A DNA stretch of 64,000 nt. It comes from the human T2T-CHM13v2.0 reference genome, Homo sapiens. The translations under genes and the position numbers were made by a program. This document shows positions 29,801-44,990 of this stretch, piece after piece (the first letter of the stretch is position 1; every line of letters begins with the position of its first letter). The notes under the pieces are model-generated. The model made no database searches. It worked only from the letters and a program-made list of their open reading frames with translations, and was not told the origin of the DNA. The stretch lies in the NCBI RefSeq assembly GCF_009914755.1, contig NC_060943.1; one strand, given 5' to 3'.

Positions 29801-31734
29801 TAAGAGGCTATCGAGGGAGGGGGCGAGGGGTCTGGGGGAGACCCTTGGATTCATTCTCCCCATGGCATCTTTTACTTTGGGGTCTTTCATCCCTGGTGTC
29901 TTCAGCTTCCCGCGGGGGTGTACAGGTGGCTGTCAGGAGACCTGTGAACCCAGGGGAAAGTTCCCTGGGAAATTGTGGACTGGGTGCTTCTGTGTTTTTC
30001 CCCCAGGGAAGTGGCCCATAGCTTTTATCCCATTCCCACAGAGGGATACTTGACCCCCACAAAATCCTGAAACGTCACCCCAGAGGAATAGTGCCAAAGA
30101 AAAATGGGACAGAGATCCAGAGACAAGGGGACAGGGATGCGGGGAGGGGAGGACAAGGACCCTGGTGGGGGTGGGGGTACAGAGATGTAGAGACAGAGGG
30201 GGACAGATCCAGAGAGAGAGGGGGACAGACCTAGAGAGAGGGGTCAGACCCAGAGAGAGAGGGATACAGACCCAGAGACAGAGGGAAATAGAGACCCCGG
30301 GAGAGGGCTGGAGGCAGCTCTAAGGACGTAGTTCAGAACTTTCATCAACAGCGCTACCTCTGCTGCCACCTGCTTCTCCGCCCTCCTGTCTTGTGGAAAT
30401 TAAACAGAACCACCAAGGAGCGGGATAGGGGATGAGCCAGAGTGAGCCTGCAGAGCTACAGCACGAGGGGTTGGGGTTAGGGCAGCAGCAGCACTTCCGG
30501 TGGGAGTCGGGGAGGGGCAGGCTGTGGAGGGAGGAGAGGAAGAGACCGCGGCCCTGGTGCCCCCAGGCCCCTCCTCTCCTACCCAGGGCTGGGGTTCCTG
30601 CTCCGGGTTTCTCAGTCTCCCTCTTTCCCAGTCTCTCTCTCCTTGTCTCTCTCTGTCTCCGCTTCTCCCGTCCTTTCTCTCCTCTGGCTCTCTGTTCTCC
30701 GAGCCCCCTGGACACACCACGGACCCCCTCCCTGGCCATCTCCAGGGGTCACGTGGGAATCTGGAGTCTGGTCCCACCGTAGGCTCTCCCCTCTCTGAGG
30801 CTCGATTCCCCCTCTGCAGGATGGGCAGTGCGCTGGGGGCGGCGGGGGTGGGCTGTGGATAACGGAGAAACAGTTAAGCTAGAGGGTGCCAGGACTCAGG
30901 GTCTTGGCTGAGTCTGGGGGTCCCCATGCCGGCGGGCTCTGCCCCCGTGGCTGTCCTGCGGTGAGGCTGGCCGTTTAAGGCAGTCCGAGGGGAAGGGTCT
31001 GGAGGCCTTGCCTTTCCTCAAGGCCGGCGCACCCCAGATAGGGGTTTTGGAGCAGAAAATTAATTTAAATCACTTTTTAATTAAAGACACAAGGCCCTTT
31101 GGTCTGCTCCACCCCCACCTCACCCTCAGCCAAGACTTGGGGTGAGGGATGCAAGGGTTAGGAGTCTCTGGCTCTATTTGCTTTTTTGGGGGGTGGTGCA
31201 TGCTAAGGTCCCCTTAGCCCAGGCTGATTCTGAAACCTAGAGGAGCAAGTGCGGCCTCATCTGACGGCCAGTGGTGGGGGGCGTGGACAGAGCAGGAAGG
31301 GAGGGAGGGGGCACCTGGGATGGGGATGGGGCCTAACTGGAGTGGGGAGGGAGGTAACTCCAGTGACGGTGTGATTCAGAGAGAGAGAGAGACAGACGCG
31401 GGTGGGAGGAGAGAGAGAGAGAGGTGCAGACAGAGAGACAGACAGGAGGGGGAGGGAGTGGGGGACAGGAGCTCCAATAGAGACCCTGGAGTCGTCCCTG
31501 CCACCCCCAAAACAAGAGCAGGGGGCTTGGACTCTGAAGCATAAATCTTTCTAATTAAAGAAAGAGACGAGCTGTTGGGAAGGGAGAAATAAGTGTGTGG
31601 GAGAGAAATTGATTGGGGGAGGATGGAGGATGCCGGCGGGGGACGGAGGGAGCAGGGGGGAGGCTCCGGCTTTCTGAGGCTCTTCCTCCAGTCTTTCCCT
31701 CTGTCTGTCCATCCGTCTGTCTGTCCGTCTCTGT

Positions 31735-31740
31735 CTCTCG

Positions 31741-31830
<90 letters not shown>
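31735..31830. repeat. Compound microsatellite (CT)n(CA)n(CT)n
   Basis: Directly visible. Confidence 0.95.
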
Positions 31831-31832
<2 letters not shown>

Positions 31833-33042
31833 GGCTGTCTCCCTTAAATAGTCCTGGGACCCTTCTGTTCCCAGGGGGAGGGAGCAGGTGGCGGCCAGGC
31901 CTGGTGCTGGAGCGGGGGTGCCTGTGTCACTGCGTCGCGGCTGCCTGTCGGCTCTTCGAGGGTGTGCTTGGGCCTCCCTGTGACAGTGTCTGGAAGCGTC
32001 TTCCCTGCCCGGCTGAGTGGCTCCCTGGGTGGCATCAGAGTGACCCCAGCTCCCAGTCTGCAGGGGTCTCCGCCCTCTAGCCCTGTCCTGCACCTGTTTT
32101 ACAGACGGGAAGCGTGGAGCCCTCTATGAGTAGATCTGGGGGACCTCATGGGTCTCCCCAGCACGGGCTGGGCGATCTCTCAGCGGACTGGCCCTTCAGT
32201 GCCCCAACCTGAGCACCGACCACTGGGGCTATGCCCACCAGGCAGCCACGTCCCCCGGGGATCCGCAGTGGTCCCCAGGATCCCCTCTGAAAGCCTACAG
32301 GAGCAGACCGAATGAACGAGGATCCACCTTGGGTTCCTCCTGTCCTCTCTCTCGGGCCTGCTAGCCTCCTGCCTCGGTTTCCCCTCTTTATCAACTGCTC
32401 TGTGTCTGTCTCTCTCCTTCTGGGGGCCCAGGTTTGCTTCCTCCTCCTCATTCCAGGCTCTCTCTGAGAATCTGTGTCTCTGCTCAGGAGGGTGGGGGAA
32501 GAAGGGACCCTAAAAGACAGGCCGTCTCTGTCTCCATCTCCGCCTGGGCTATGTCTGTCTGTCTGTCACCTGGGCTGTGTCTGTCTGTCTGTCTCCTGGC
32601 TTTTTTTTTTTTTCTTGTATCTCTGTGTCTCTTTGTCTGGATGTCTTCTCTGCCTCATCTTTCTTATCTCTCTTTCTCTCCATCTTTCTCGGTCTCTCTC
32701 TCCAGGGGCCTCTGTCTCTTCTCCCTCCTTCCTCTCCCTCTCTCCGCCTCCCTGTCCCCCCCACCGTATCCTCCCTGGGCTTCTGTCTCCCTGGCTCTCT
32801 CCCCTCTCCTCCACCCGGGCCCTTCATAAATACATCGCCCCCTTCCCGTCCTCCCGCTGCCTGGCCCAGCTCCAGGAGAAGGAAACATTTATCTTGGTGG
32901 GGGCGCCCACCCCTGCGCCCGCCCCTCCGCCCGCTGGCCACGCCATCCATCACCCGAGCCCAGACTCCTGTGGCTCATTCGTCACCGGCCCTGACAAATG
33001 CCTGCCGCCCCCTTCCCCTCCCGCCCCACCAAGCAATCATAC

Positions 33043-33258
33043 CATTAGCCATGGCTCAGCGGTGGCGGGAAGGACCCGGCCTGACCCGGGCGGGGGGCGG
33101 GGCACAGGCTGCGGCTCCCACCGAGACCCCTCTCTCCCTCTTTTCCTTCCCTTTCTATCTCTCCTCGCCCTCTCCGTCTTTTTTGTTGGAATCTGCTTTC
33201 CTCTGCCAGTTTCTCGCTGTGCCTCTGGGTCCTGTCTCCGGTCCGTCCTCCTCCTCAT
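33043..33258 (-). other. MEIS3: Candidate distal alternative first exon of MEIS3
   Basis: Donor ATG|gtatga at 33043/33042 is phase 0 relative to an open frame (ATG at 33258 and ATG at 33045), so it is compatible with exon 2 (..PWLM|YDELPH); lies in a GC-rich patch with GC boxes. Confidence 0.5.
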
Positions 33259-33289
33259 CCTCCTTTTCCTCACCCTCTCTCCTTCTCTC

Positions 33290-34110
33290 CTTCTGTCTCT
33301 GTCTCTCTCTTACTGAGTCTCTTTCCAGTTCTGACTCTGTCTCTGTGTCTCTCTATAACTGTATCTCTCTGTCTCTGCCCGTCTGTCTCTCCCTCTCTGT
33401 CTCTCATCTCTCTCTGTCTCTCCCTCTCTGCCTCTCCATCTCTCTCTCTGTCTCTCCACTCTGTCTCTCCCTCTGTCTCTCCCTCTCTGTGTCTCTTCAT
33501 CTCTCTGTTGCTCCCTCTCTCTCTGTCTCTCCATCTCTGTCTCTCCCTCTCTCTCTGTCTCTCCATCTCTCTGTCTCTCCATCTCTCTCTGTCTCTCCAT
33601 CTCTGTCTCTCTATCTCTCTCTGTCTCTCCTTCTCTCTCTGTCTCTTCATCTCTGTCTCTCCCTCTCTGTCTCTCCATTTCTTTCTCTGTCTCTCCATCT
33701 CTCTGTCTCTACCTCTCTCTCCATCTGTCTCTCCCTCTTGCTCTCTGTCTCTCCATTTCTCTCTGTGTCTCTCCTTCTCTGTCTCTTCATCTCTATCTCT
33801 CCCTCTCTGTCTCTCCATTTCTCTCTGTCTCTCTCTTTCTGTCTCTCCCTCTCTCTCCCTCTCTCTCTGTCTCTCCCTCTCTCTCCATCTCTCTCTGTCT
33901 CTCCCTCTTGGGGTCTGTCTCTCCATTTCTGTCTGTCTCACCATCTCTCTGTCTCTCCATTTCTCTCTGTCTCTGTCTCTCTCTGTCTCTCCATTTCTCT
34001 CTCTGTCCCTCCCTCTCTCTCTGTCTCTCCATCTCTCTCTGTCTCTCCATCTCTCTCTGTCTCTCCCTCTGTCTCTGTGTGTCTCTCTCCCTGTCTCTCC
34101 ATGTCCCTCT
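33290..34110. repeat. Second CT-rich array (CTCTGTCTCTCCAT-type units)
   Basis: Directly visible. Confidence 0.92.
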
Positions 34111-34879
34111 GTCTGCCATGGGCTCTGTCGGCCCAGCCGTGCCTTTTAAATCTCTGGTCTCTGAGAGTACCCTCGGCGTTGGCCTCACTGGCTTTGTGTG
34201 CTGGGAATGGGGTGAGGGTCTTGCCCTGGCGCCCTGGGACGCCCGCCCCGCCCCGCTCCCCACCTCGCTCTCCTCCCTGGTGCTGTGTTCTGAGTCTCTG
34301 GGCTTCCTCCGTCTGCATCTTCTCTGCATCCTGTCTGTATCTCTGTCTCTGCTGCCTCTCCGGCCCCTGTGTTTTGTTCTTGGCTCTCTGCTCCCTCTCC
34401 AACTTCCCCTCCTCTTTTTGTGTCCCTTCTCCACCTCCTCCACCGTCTGTGTTCCCCCTCTACTGACCCCACCTACCCCTTTCAATCCACCACCCATGAC
34501 ATTCCCTTCCCCGCACTTCCCCAGGGAGAGAATTGCAGGGAGCAGGCAGGGAACGGGAGGCAAAGGTGGCGAGAAGGAGAGAGTGAGGAGGTACCTTGGG
34601 AGGCACTGAAGCCTGGAGCCTCATCCCTCTCTCCTTTGGCCATGTGTGCCTGGAAGTCCTCCCTAGTGTCTGATTTCAATCCTCAGGGGGACGGCAGAAC
34701 GTGGAGGAGATGCCAGGTACCAACCCTTCCCGATTCCCTGGGAGAGGCCGAGGAGGGAGCTGGGGGCATCAGACCAGGAGAGAGGGCAACCTGGGCACAG
34801 TCAGTGCTGTGCTGGTGGCCACCCATTGCCTTACTGGAAGAGGGAGGTAGTGAGACCCCCGTTCTGGGAAGTAATCATA

Positions 34880-38425
<3,546 letters not shown>

Positions 38426-38877
38426 TGCACTCCCTGAACTCCCTCACGCAGCCCCATCCATTCTCTCTCTCAACCACTCCCTTCTCACCATCGCCCTCCC
38501 ACCCTCCTACTCCCCTCTCCCCTCGTCTGCTGCCTCTGTCCCTGCTCCAGCCTTGTCCCTGGTCTCCCAGCCCCCAGTAGCCAGGAGGAACGTCTCATAA
38601 AATAAATCAGGTGATATCAACCGCCTGCCTCCTTCCCCCACTTAAATCCCTTGCAAAGCTCCCCTTTACTCTTAGGATATATTCCAAGCTCCCTAGAGTG
38701 GCTGATAAAGTCTCTTATGATTTGTCCTCAAGTTCACTCCCCACGCACCCCATACCTCGTTCATGATAACCATTTCCAGGGCTCTGAAAAAGCCATTATC
38801 TCCCAACTCTGCACACCTTTACACAGGCTGTGTCCTTTGGCACAACACACACACACACACCCCTCCTCCTGTAGGAT

Positions 38878-40943
38878 CTGAGAAAATTACTTGCTTTATT
38901 TAGGAAACCCCATCAACCCCAGCTCTTTGGCTCAGGCAAATGAACGTCTCTCTTTTGTGTTCCCAGGATGCCCATAAAGAGAAACAGTTTGTGGCTCATG
39001 CATGGGGGCGTGGCTAGTGGAAGCCCCTGACTGAAGCAGGAAGGCGTGGCTGAAGCACGACTGATAAGTGGGGGTGTGATTAGTGGAAGAGCTAGGCTGA
39101 TGAATGGGGGCGTGGTTAGTGGAAACCCGTAATTGACGGATGCGGGCGTAGCAAGTGGAGGAGCTTGGCTGATGAATGGGGGCGTGGTTAGTGGAAACCC
39201 ACGACTGACCAATGGGGGCATGGAGAGTGGAGGTGCGTGGCTTGTGGAAGCCCATGACTGATGGATGGGGGTGTGGCTAGTGGAAGAGCTAGGCTGACGG
39301 ATGGGGGCGTGGCTAGTGGAAACTCATTACTGATGGGGGCGTGGCGAGTGGAAGAGCTTGGCGGCTGGACCCCGGCGCTGCTGCTATATGTGGGTGTGTC
39401 CCGCAGACGACCGCGGGCCGCAAAAACCCAGATTACTTGGTTTAACAGTTGCCCAAATCTCAGTCAGAGACCTTATTAGCCCCCTCCTCCTGAATCCCAG
39501 CTTCCCACGGGACTGTTTTTCAGGCAGAATTTCAAAGTTTTATGGCAACTTTTACAGAAATCACAGAAAAGAGACAGCGACTGATGATGAGCTGGGGGAG
39601 AGAAGGGTAGCGGGTAACGGGTCTGGGATGTTGGGGCTGAGCACAACAGGACGATAGAATGCTGAAAACCTGTGGGAAGCAGAAAGTTATGGGGGTAGTT
39701 GGGTCATCCTAGGGGCCCAAGGAGTGGGTGGCACTGCCCAAATGTGTCCTTTGGGCAGGAAACATCAACAGTAAGAAAATGCAGATGGCCTACCGACAGA
39801 TGGAAGGCCTCCAAAGTTAAAAATGCCCACCCAGATCCCTTGGCCCAGTCCCATCCCCCCACCCATCCCCACCCCCCATCAGGCAGAGATGTGGCAGCAT
39901 TTGCTGGCTTGTAGCATTGGTCCTCTGGGACCCTCGGTCTCCTCTTCGAGGGTCCTGCCCGGATTGGCTGGCACTGAGGGCAAAATGAACCTTCCAGATT
40001 GTCAGGGGAGATCAACTGGACTCGCTTTGATTCCCGGCCTCCTCCCCAAAGCTGGTTCTCATGGCTGAGGGAGTCTGCTGCCCTCTCAAAAGTTGTCTGT
40101 CACCCCCTTTTCCCAAGACATGCACCCTCCCGCGTCCCCCCTCCCCCAAACACACTATATACACACACAAGCCCCTCCCTCCAAGGCGTGGCTGGGCTCT
40201 CAGAGGTAGTGGAGGGCGAGTGGGGGAGCTGGAATGTCTGAAGTTGCAGGTTCAAAATGTGCTTCCTCCGGCTAAGCCCTGGGACTGAAACCCCAAACTT
40301 CTCCCCTCGTCTCCGAGCCTGGAGAATGAGTGTCCTCCCAAGAACCCGAGTGGAGGGATTGGAAGGAAAGGTGTGCGGCCTCCTTGCGCGCACACCCACC
40401 CGCTCCTCCCCGCCGGGGCTGAGCGGAGCTCCCTGAGGGCTGGGGGGAAGGGCTGGGAGCTGAGACGGCCTCTGACAGCCTCCTTCGAGGGTCCCCCAGG
40501 GAGGGTGGGTTCTGAGGCTCTGGGACATGGGGTGAAGTGGGGGGGGGTCACTAGGGGAAGGGAGACTTTGGGGGCAAAGCCAGGCTGGGTGACCAAGGAG
40601 AGAGACCTTAAACTCCCCAGGATGGTTACTGGGGGTGGTTCCCTGGGGAGGGGACTGGGGTGGAAATTTCCCCAGGGATATAGACGGTCACCAACAGGAT
40701 GGGCTGGAGTTGGGGTCACCGCAGGGGAGGAACCGGGGAGGCTCCCGAGAGGAAGAGGGAAGGCTGAGCTACTGGGGACACAGAACAGGGGCAATCAAAG
40801 CCAGGGGAGGGGGCGGAGAAGGGAGGCCGAGTCCCAGGAGAGGAGGCCGAGTCTGGGGGGAAAAGGAGACCAGGGTCCAAGAGCAGGTGCAGCCGAGTCC
40901 CTAGCCCCGGGCGGGCGGTGGGGACGAGTCTCTGCGCGAGGCC
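38878..40943 (-). other. SLC8A2: SLC8A2 3' UTR; poly(A) signal AATAAA at 38895-38900
   Basis: Alu-free 2 kb after the stop codon, ending in AATAAA followed by GT-rich downstream sequence on the - strand. Confidence 0.85.
39004..39362. repeat. ~36-bp degenerate tandem repeat (~10 units) in the SLC8A2 3' UTR
   Basis: Unit ~GGGGGCGTGGCTAGTGGAAGAGCTAGGCTGATGAAT. Confidence 0.88.
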
Positions 40944-41320
40944 CTAGAAGCCCCGGATGTGGCAGTACGCCTCCAGGCTGGCGAAGAGGATGTACAGGAG
41001 CCAGAGGCCCAGGAAGAGCGCGGTGGTGGCGAGCTTGGGTCCGCGCGGGCCGCCCAGCTCGCCGCCGATGTGCGGCCGGCGCCGGTACAGCAGCACGGCA
41101 ATGCCCACGAAGGCGAAGACGGTGAAGAGCGTGACGGAGAAGGCCAGCGTGCCAGTGCGCACCTCGAAGGGGCGGCCCTGCACCGCCCAGTACACGGCGG
41201 CCACAGACCAGGCGACGCCCAGGCCAAGGAACACGTTCACCGCGTTGGAGCCGGTCACGTTGCCGATGGACGCGTCGGCGCACTGGTCCTGCAGCGCCGC
41301 CACCTTGCTGGCGAACGTGT
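40944..41320 (-). CDS. SLC8A2: SLC8A2 (NCX2) last coding exon: alpha-2 repeat and final TM helices
   Basis: 377 nt, DTFASKVAALQDQCADASIGNVTGSNAVNVFLG...LEAYCHIRGF*. Confidence 0.97.
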
Positions 41321-42397
41321 CTGCGGGGCAGAGACATACAGGTCGGAGGGGCTTTGCGCCGCCACCCACAGGGGCGGGCATCCGCCTGCCCCCTCCCAGC
41401 CTTTCCCGGTCGCCTGCTTTCTGCGGGCAGTGTGGGCTCAAGACCCCTGACCCCCACCCAAGAGGCAAAGTCCATCACCACCTTTAGGCCTGCTCGCCAC
41501 TGGAACCGCTGCCGGCTTTCTATGGGACCTGCCGCCTGCTTTCTGTGGGATTCATTCTCTTCTATGGGACTCACTGCGTGATTTCTTTTTTTTTCCTCCG
41601 AGACGGAGTTTTGCTCTGTCACCCAGGCTGGAGTGCAGTGGCGTGATCTCAGCTCACTGCAACTTCCGCCTCCCAGGTTCAAGCGATTCTCTTGCCGGAG
41701 CCTCTGAGTAGCTGGGATTACAGGCGCCCACCACGCCCTGCTAAGATTTTGTGTTTTTAGTAGAGACGGGGTTTCACCATGTTGGCCAGGCTGGTCTCGA
41801 ACTCCTGATCTGAGGTGATCCACTCGCCTCGGTCTCCCAAAGTGCTGGGATTACAGGTATGAGCCACCGCGCCTGGCTGTATTTTTTGTTTGTTTTGTTT
41901 TGAGACAGGGTCTTGCTCTGTTGCCCAGGCTGGAGTACAGTGGTGCGATCATGGCTCACTGCAGCCTCATTTTCCCCAGCTCAGGTGATCCTCCCACCTC
42001 AGCCTCCCGAGCAGCTGGGATCACAGGCATGCGCCACCACGTCCAGCTAATTTTTGTATATTTTGTAGATACGGGGTTTCACCATGTTGCCCAGGCTGGT
42101 CTCAAACTCCTGGGCCCAAGCAATCCTACCCCTGCCTTGGCCCCCCGCCTTTGCCTCCCAAAGTGCTGGCGTGAGCCACCACACCCCACCTGCCCCCTCA
42201 TCTTAGTTAAAACTCTGAGGTTTGGCCAGGCGTGGTGGCTCACGCCTGTAATCCCAGCACTTTGGGAGGCAGAGGTGGGCGGATCATGAGGTCAGGAGTT
42301 CGAGACCAGCCTGGCCAATATGGTGAAACCCCGTCTCTACTAAAAACGTAAAAATTAGCTGGATGTGGTGGCGCACGCCTGTAGTCTCAGCTGCTCA

Positions 42398-42649
<252 letters not shown>

Positions 42650-43016
42650 CTATGGAACCCACTGATTGGCTTCTCTGACAATCCCCACCGTCTTCCTAGG
42701 AACCCCTCTCCCCACAGCTGTCTCTTCCCCACCCTGCCACCTTCTCTCTATGAAATCCATTGTCTGGTTTCTAGCATTTCCTGCTACCTTAGTTTTATGG
42801 GACCTTCTACCTGGGTGCTTTTGGGGAGGATTCAATTCACATCTTGCACCTAGGGGACCCGCTGCCTGGCTTCTATTATGCCCCACCTCCGTATTTCTCT
42901 GAGACCCACCACATGGGCGCTGTGTGACTCCACCCACCTCATTTCGGCAGGATCCTGTGTTGCCCCTGCCTGGCTCATCTGAGATCCTACCCCACCAAAG
43001 TCTCCCAGGGTGTTAC

Positions 43017-43295
43017 CAGGGATGGAGGTGCCCAGGGCAACGAAGACAACAGCATTGACAGAGTCCTTGAGGCCAACGGTGCAGCCGAAGTGGGAGGCGA
43101 GGTCCCCAATGAGGGCGGTGAGCAGGCCGATGACCAGGATGGAGACACCAAAGCAGGCCCAGCCGTGGCAGTACTCGGTGGGGGGCACACAGGCGAAGAG
43201 CACCTTCCAGAACACCGTCAGGAAGTGCATCACGTAGTCAAAGCACGACGGCAGCCGCTCCTCCCGGGACCCGTCCTCCTCCTCCTCCTCGTCCC
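43017..43295 (-). CDS. SLC8A2: SLC8A2 penultimate coding exon
   Basis: 279 nt, GDEEEEEDGSREERLPSCFDYVMHFLTVFWKVLFA...VALGTSIP. Confidence 0.97.
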
Positions 43296-43334
43296 CTGTG
43301 GGCACACGACCCAGCTGGGGCATACACTCAGACT

Positions 43335-44990
43335 TCCTTCCTTGCCTACAGAGGCCCCATTTTGTCTAACTTCCTGACAGCAAGTCCCATTGAATGAACT
43401 TCTTTCCCAGAATCCCTTGCACCTACCTGTGGCCAAGTCAACTGCTAAAAACAGTTACTTTCCCAGAATCCCTTGAAGCTAGGAGCTTGATTGGGCCCAG
43501 GTGAAAAATATTTACTTTCCCAGAATCCTTTGGATCTAAATATGGCTAAGTCAGCAGTAAAAACAGTTACTTCCATAGAATCCCTTGGAGCTAGGGGCAT
43601 GACTGAGTCCAGGTAAAAAAATTTTACTTTCCCAGAATCCCTTGCACCTAAGTGTGGCCATGTCAGCAGCTAAAAACAGTTACTTTCCCTGCATCCTTTG
43701 AAGCTAGGAGTGTGAATGGGCCCAGGTGACAAATATTTATTTTCCCAGAATCCCTTGCACCTAAATGTGGCCAAGTCAGCAGCTAAAACCCATTACTTTC
43801 CCAGAATCCCTTGAAGCTAGGAGCATGAATGGACCCAGGTGAAAAATATTTAGTTTCCCGGAACTGCTTGCACCTAAATGTGGCCAAGTCAATGCTAAAA
43901 ACAGTTACTTTCCCAGAATCCCTTGAAGCTAGAGGAAGCCACATCTGCCCAGCTAAAAACATCCAGTTCCCCAAGACCGTTTGCTGCCAGGGACAGCCAT
44001 ACCCCTAGCTAAAATTATTCATTTTCCCAGAAGCCTTCACAGCTGCTGAAAGCCAGTCCACAGCTAGAAGTATTCACTTCCTCAGATTCACTGCAGCTAA
44101 CCAGAGCCACAGTCTCCACTAAATGTACTCACTTTCCCAGAATCCCTTGCAGCTAGAGGGCTATATACCCAGCCAAAATTAATCACTTTCCTAGAATCCC
44201 TTGAGACTAGCAACAGCTATGGCCTCAGATAAAAATATGGTATTCACTTTCCCAGAATCCCTTGCAGTTGGCAGTTGCCATGTCCCTGGCTAAATACTTG
44301 TTTTGCCAGAATTCCTCCTGTGAGTGACTATCTGACCCAGTCTGCCAATGAGATATAAACAGAGGGTTTCTGGAAAGCCCTGGCTTTCCTGATGTGGGCA
44401 TTGGGTTACAGATGTGTTTTCTGAGCTTTGTAAATGATGCCTCATGCTTAGAGCTGTATCACCTATTGTGACCTAATTTGACCAGCTTTTGACCTGCAGT
44501 GACTTTTTTTTTTTTTTGAGACAAAGCCTCCCTCCGTTACCAAGGCAGTAGTGTGATCTCAGCTTACTGTAACCTCCGCCTCCTGAGTTCGAGTGATTCT
44601 CATGCCTCAGTCTACTGAGTAGCTGGAATCACAGGTGTGCACCACCCCACCTGGCTGATTTTTTTGTATTTTTACTAGAGATGGGATTTCGCCATGTTGG
44701 CCAGGCTGGTCTTAAACTCCTGGCCTCAACTGATCTGCCCTCCTAGGCCTCCCAAAGTTTTGGGATTACAGGTGTCGGCCACCGTGCCCAGCCGACCTGC
44801 AGTGGCTTTTATAACCTGAAAGCCCTAAGGCAGTGTTTTGTTTACCTCACCCTAAGCTGATTAGTATAAAGCAATGAATGAGAATCAATGAGCACACTTG
44901 TGTGTGGCACGCATTACATCTGGAAGGATGCTCATGAGAACGAACGTAGCTCCTGACCAGTCACTGCTGAACGCATCCCTAACTGATGTA
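43335..44990. mobile_element. MLT1-family (ERVL-MaLR) LTR containing an internal ~56-bp tandem amplification (43400-44315) and an Alu (~44505-44792)
   Basis: Flanks cttccttgcctacagaggccccattttg, gacccagtctgccaatgagatataa and gctgaacgcatccctaactgat resemble MLT1J/K; the unit resembles the ttcccagcctcccttgcagct segment of the other MLT1 copy at ~49825. Confidence 0.65.

Noticed and set aside
33051-33062. + strand ATGGCTCAGCGG (MAQR, like the MEIS1/2 N-terminus)
   Set aside because: Opposite strand to MEIS3, no phase-0 donor and no downstream MEIS exons; by-product of the AGCCATGGCT palindrome
32577-34609. 629-aa and neighbouring ORFs
   Set aside because: Same artefact from the second CT array
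40373-41487. Antisense and alternate-frame ORFs over SLC8A2 exons (also 58712-59186)
   Set aside because: Expected shadows of GC-rich coding sequence
43400-44315. CRISPR-like look (constant ~20-bp core with ~35-bp spacers)
   Set aside because: Human intron, no cas genes, spacers homologous to each other and to MLT1; it is a tandem duplication
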